From the IMG/VR virus record IMGVR_UViG_3300013132_000041, positions 11,569 to 75,568 of that record: a DNA stretch of 64,000 nucleotides, one strand, 5' to 3'. The DNA comes from a virus. Of this stretch, positions 60,443-64,000 are shown piece by piece (within the stretch, counting starts at the first letter, position 1; each line of letters starts with the position of its first letter). The notes beneath the pieces were generated by a model. It worked only from the letters and a program-made list of their open reading frames with translations, was not told where the DNA came from and did not search any database. A program made the translations under genes and the position numbers.

Positions 60443-61184
60443 TAAATTTTATCATAGTACAATTCGCAAATCTATTATAGCATTTGGTAATATGTTTAAT
60501 AATATTACCATAGATAGAAAAAATACTAATGGGTCAGTGGCGCAAACACTCAGAATTCCTTTATCTTATGCTCCGAGACAAAAATTCTTAGCTAGAATTG
60601 CACAGCAACCGGTTGTCGAAGAAACTATACAACAGGTAATTCTTCCAAGAATGTCATTTGAGATGACAGGCATAATGTATGACCCCCAAAGAAGAATAAG
60701 TTTAGTACAACAAAATAGATCAGTAAATGCAACAACTACAAGTTTAAATGCTCAGTATGCGCCAACACCATATAATATGAATTTAAGTTTATACATATAT
60801 TCAAAGAATCAAGATGATGCTTTACAAATTGTTGAACAAATATTGCCTTACTTCAATCCCGATTATAATTTATCTTTAAAGGCAATACCTTCTATGGGTA
60901 TAACACATGATTTACCTATACTTTTAGAAAATGTTACTTATGAAGATGATTATGAAGGTGATCTGGCAACAAGGAGATCTATAATTTGGACATTAAACTT
61001 TGTAATGAAATTAAATTTTTATGGTCCAGTTAATAAACAGGGAATAATAAGAAGAGTAGACGTAGATACATTTTCAGACGCAGAATTATCAAAACGAATT
61101 AATCAATACGATGTAACCGCATCTCCAACAACTGCAGTACCAGGAGATACTATAGAATTTGTTGAAAATTTTGAGGATTTTTGA
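60435..61184 (+). CDS. gp15: Tail sheath stabiliser/terminator gp15
   Basis: FYH.TIRK.IIAFG..FN, PLSYAPRQKF, LPRMSFE, QIVEQILPYF. Confidence 0.92.
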   Translation: MLDKFYHSTIRKSIIAFGNMFNNITIDRKNTNGSVAQTLRIPLSYAPRQKFLARIAQQPVVEETIQQVILPRMSFEMTGIMYDPQRRISLVQQNRSVNATTTSLNAQYAPTPYNMNLSLYIYSKNQDDALQIVEQILPYFNPDYNLSLKAIPSMGITHDLPILLENVTYEDDYEGDLATRRSIIWTLNFVMKLNFYGPVNKQGIIRRVDVDTFSDAELSKRINQYDVTASPTTAVPGDTIEFVENFEDF

Positions 61185-61597
61185 TGAAGAAAATGGGAAA
61201 TTTAGATACGCTATTTAATATAGCGCCAAGTGAAGCTACCAATCTAGTTTTACCTTCTAGTGATAGAGAAACAGATAAAGATGATGATTATCAACTAGCA
61301 AGACAAACATTAAGAAAATTAATCATACGGGGTGAGGATACTTTAGATGAGATGATAAATCTTGCCAAGAATTCTGAGCACCCGAGAACCTATGAGGTTG
61401 CAGGGCAACTTATTAAAACTATGTCAGATGTAGCAAAAGACTTATTACATCTTCAAAAACAAGTTAAAGATATAGAAACCCCATCAAAAAATCAAGGTCA
61501 AATAGGCAATCAAACTAATAATGTATTTGTGGGGTCTACTGAAGAATTAATGAAACTTTTAAAAAATGATAACGGGAAAACCATAGAGCATGGATAA
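61184..61597 (+). CDS. gp16: Terminase small subunit gp16
   Basis: DDYQLAR..L, SEHPRTYEVAGQLIK, NNVFVGSTEELMKLL. Confidence 0.92.
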   Translation: MKKMGNLDTLFNIAPSEATNLVLPSSDRETDKDDDYQLARQTLRKLIIRGEDTLDEMINLAKNSEHPRTYEVAGQLIKTMSDVAKDLLHLQKQVKDIETPSKNQGQIGNQTNNVFVGSTEELMKLLKNDNGKTIEHG

Positions 61598-63290
61598 TCA
61601 CTCGTACAACGGTAACCCAAATTTAAAACCAATTGATTATGCTATTAATTATACTATGGAGCAGGTTAAGGAGATTCTTAAATGCTCTGGTGATCCTATT
61701 TACTTTATTGAAAATTATTGCAACATAGTATCTTTGGATCAAGGATTAATATTATTTAAACTATATGATTGCCAAAAAGAAAAAGTAGATACGATACTAA
61801 ATAATCGTAAAGTTATTTTAATGGAAGGTAGACAACAGGGCAAAACTATTACTGCCGCAGCATGTATTCTATGGTATACTCTTTTTCAATCAAATAAAAC
61901 TGTAGCTATTCTAGCTAATAAATCTTCTTCAGCGAGAGAAGTATTATATCGCTATCAAATAATGTATGAACATTTGCCTATATGGATGCAGCAAGGTGTA
62001 AAGACATGGAATAAAGGTGATATAGAATTAGAAAATGGATCTAGAATATTTACTTCCGCTACTAGTTCTTCTGGTATTCGTGGCAAATCTGTGAACTGGT
62101 TATATATTGACGAAGCAGCTATTATTCCTAATACTGTTGCTGATGATTTCTTTACATCAGTTTATCCTACAATATCTTCAGGTGAAACTACAAAAATATT
62201 ACTTACTTCTACTCCGTTAGGCTATAATCATTTTTGGAAATTTTGGAACGAAGCAGAACAAGGCAGAAATGGATTTACGCCACTGTTTATTCATTATAGT
62301 AAAATACCCGGTAGAACAGAACAATGGGCAGCAGAACAAAAAGCTATGCTCGGTGAACTCAAATTTAATCAAGAAGTTTTATGTAGATTTCTTGGTTCAT
62401 CAAATACTTTAATAGCACCAGATACTATAGGTAGAATGTCTGCTTTACCTTACACGCATTCTAAGGATGGTTTAGATATTCTAGAAGAACCTATTAAGGT
62501 AGTTAGAACAAGAGAAGGTAAAGTAACACAAAAAGGTCATATCTACATTATCATTGCTGATACCTCAAGAGGAGTAGGCGGAGATTACTCAGCATTTACG
62601 GTTATGGATATTACCGAGTATCCTTATAAGGTAGTAGCCAAGTATAGAGATAACAAAATTAACCCATTGCTTTACCCTACTGTTATTGCCAAGGTAGCTA
62701 ACGATTATAATAAAGCATATGTTCTTGTAGAAATAAATGATAATGGTCAACAAATTGCCAATACTTTGTATATGGATTTAGAATATGAAAATGTATTAGC
62801 TGTGGGGTATGATGGTAAAAACGGACAGTTTCTATCTGCTGGATTTAAGAATAGCACAACTTTAGGTATTAGAACAACTAAACAAGTTAAACGTCTTGGT
62901 TGTGCTTTACTCAAAGGATTAATTGAAAACGATAAACTTTTAATACATGATGCAGACATAATATCTGAGATCTCAACTTTTGTAGAACAAAAAGGAACAT
63001 TTGCTGCAGATTTAGGTTATCATGATGATTTAGTTATGACATTGGTTTTATTTGCTTGGGTCACTAATGAGTTATACTTTAAGGATATGACAAATAGCGA
63101 TTTAAGATTAGAACTGTACGAAAATCAGATAAGAGATATCGAAGAAGATTTAACGCCGTTTGGATTTGTTGACGATGGTATAGATAATCTGGCACCAGAA
63201 TTAGATAAATTTGGCGGAGATATATGGTTTCATAAAGACTTAAATGCTGAAATGGAAAAACTTAAATATAAATGGTTGGATAAAGTCTAA
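61590..63290 (+). CDS. gp17: Terminase large subunit gp17
   Basis: GRQQGKT Walker A, YIDEAA Walker B, STPLG, DTSRGVGGDYS, HDDLVM; no intein seen. Confidence 0.96.
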   Translation: MDNHSYNGNPNLKPIDYAINYTMEQVKEILKCSGDPIYFIENYCNIVSLDQGLILFKLYDCQKEKVDTILNNRKVILMEGRQQGKTITAAACILWYTLFQSNKTVAILANKSSSAREVLYRYQIMYEHLPIWMQQGVKTWNKGDIELENGSRIFTSATSSSGIRGKSVNWLYIDEAAIIPNTVADDFFTSVYPTISSGETTKILLTSTPLGYNHFWKFWNEAEQGRNGFTPLFIHYSKIPGRTEQWAAEQKAMLGELKFNQEVLCRFLGSSNTLIAPDTIGRMSALPYTHSKDGLDILEEPIKVVRTREGKVTQKGHIYIIIADTSRGVGGDYSAFTVMDITEYPYKVVAKYRDNKINPLLYPTVIAKVANDYNKAYVLVEINDNGQQIANTLYMDLEYENVLAVGYDGKNGQFLSAGFKNSTTLGIRTTKQVKRLGCALLKGLIENDKLLIHDADIISEISTFVEQKGTFAADLGYHDDLVMTLVLFAWVTNELYFKDMTNSDLRLELYENQIRDIEEDLTPFGFVDDGIDNLAPELDKFGGDIWFHKDLNAEMEKLKYKWLDKV

Positions 63291-63301
63291 AACCATTTAT
63301 T

Positions 63302-63309
63302 TATAAATA
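63302..63309 (+). promoter_or_regulatory. T4-type late promoter TATAAATA
   Basis: Exact consensus after gp17. Confidence 0.75.
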
Positions 63310-63337
63310 AATAGTAAATAGTTTTTGGAAAATTCAA

Positions 63338-63994
63338 ATGTCTGTAGATGAAAGTTATATTCTTTATAAAACTACTAATTTAACAAATGGTAAATTTTAT
63401 GTGGGAGTTCATAAACAGAAAACAGGGTTTCTACCTCAAGAATTCGATGGTTATCTAGGTTCGGGTAAATGTTTAATACTAGCTGTACAAAAATATGGTA
63501 AAAAAAATTTTATACGAGAAACTTTAGAAGTTTTTTCCAATAGAATTGATGCCGAAAATGCAGAAAGATTATTAGTCAATACAAAATTTTTAAGTGAATT
63601 GAACGTCTATAATGTTAATACTGGCGGAGGATTGCCGCCATATCATCCTGATTTATGGATAGGAAAAAAACATAGTTTAAACGCCAAACTTAAAATATCC
63701 AAAAATAGAAGAGGGAAAGGAGCAGGCGTACATCATTGGACGAGAGATCACGATAAACAATATTCCTTACAAAAAATGATTGCTATAAATTCTTCAAAAA
63801 TTATTGAATTCAACAAAAAGTTTAAACCTGCTTTAGGGCATATGAAGACAGACGAGGTAAAAATGCATTTATCCGAAAAGAATAAAACTTTAAAATGGTA
63901 TAAAAATTTAAATACTAAGGAATGTGTTTTCGCAAGAGAATGTCCTGAAGGATTTATTTCAGGTAGATTATTTCAAAAAAATATAGGAGAATAA
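63338..63994 (+). CDS. Free-standing GIY-YIG (Seg-like) homing endonuclease
   Basis: YILYKTTNLTNGKFYVGVH, YLGSG, KYG..NF.RE, YN...GG, GKKHS...K.KIS (NUMOD3-like). Confidence 0.88.
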   Translation: MSVDESYILYKTTNLTNGKFYVGVHKQKTGFLPQEFDGYLGSGKCLILAVQKYGKKNFIRETLEVFSNRIDAENAERLLVNTKFLSELNVYNVNTGGGLPPYHPDLWIGKKHSLNAKLKISKNRRGKGAGVHHWTRDHDKQYSLQKMIAINSSKIIEFNKKFKPALGHMKTDEVKMHLSEKNKTLKWYKNLNTKECVFARECPEGFISGRLFQKNIGE

Positions 63995-63995
63995 C

Positions 63996-64000
63996 ATGGC
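63996..64000 (+). CDS. Start of next gene, probably tail sheath gp18 (truncated by window)
   Basis: AGGAGA RBS then ATGGC; identity inferred only from T4 synteny. Confidence 0.45.

Noticed and set aside
61590-63994. Intein or group I intron in the terminase or around the endonucleases
   Set aside because: gp17, ahpC and ahpD are intact and of normal length; both endonucleases are free-standing
1-64000. Stop-codon reassignment
   Set aside because: Core genes translate full length in the standard code, and TAA, TGA and TAG all act as stops

Overview
64 kb of an AT-rich T4-like (contractile-tailed) bacteriophage genome. The IscU/ErpA/AhpC/AhpD genes look proteobacterial, probably Betaproteobacteria; this host call is an inference from sequence style. 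In order the window holds: (1) the C-terminal part of a giant repeat/collagen tail fibre with an intramolecular chaperone; (2) a glycosyltransferase/methyltransferase/sulfotransferase/APS-kinase island; (3) host-maintenance genes (erpA, iscU, ahpC, ahpD), a GH19 endolysin, an exonuclease and a GIY-YIG endonuclease; (4) a circularly permuted two-piece tmRNA, missed by the ORF track, with an ORF inside its intervening segment; (5) an outer-membrane beta-barrel, a SleB-like hydrolase and a carbamoyltransferase/2OG-oxygenase/GT25 trio; (6) gp33, gp59, gp32; (7) the baseplate/tail block (gp26/gp51, gp54-like, gp2, gp4, gp48, gp53, gp27-like, split gp5, PAAR, gp25, gp6, gp7-like, gp8, large structural proteins, a second collagen fibre); (8) a second modification island with many 2OG-Fe(II) oxygenases and glycosyltransferases; (9) gp13-gp17, a second GIY-YIG endonuclease and the probable start of gp18. 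Most notable: the permuted tmRNA with an embedded ORF, a candidate -1 frameshift joining gp26 and gp51, and a pervasive [A/S/G]-Asn motif in surface virion proteins that may be a sequon for the phage's own modification enzymes. All calls come from motif recognition by eye; no database searches were run.
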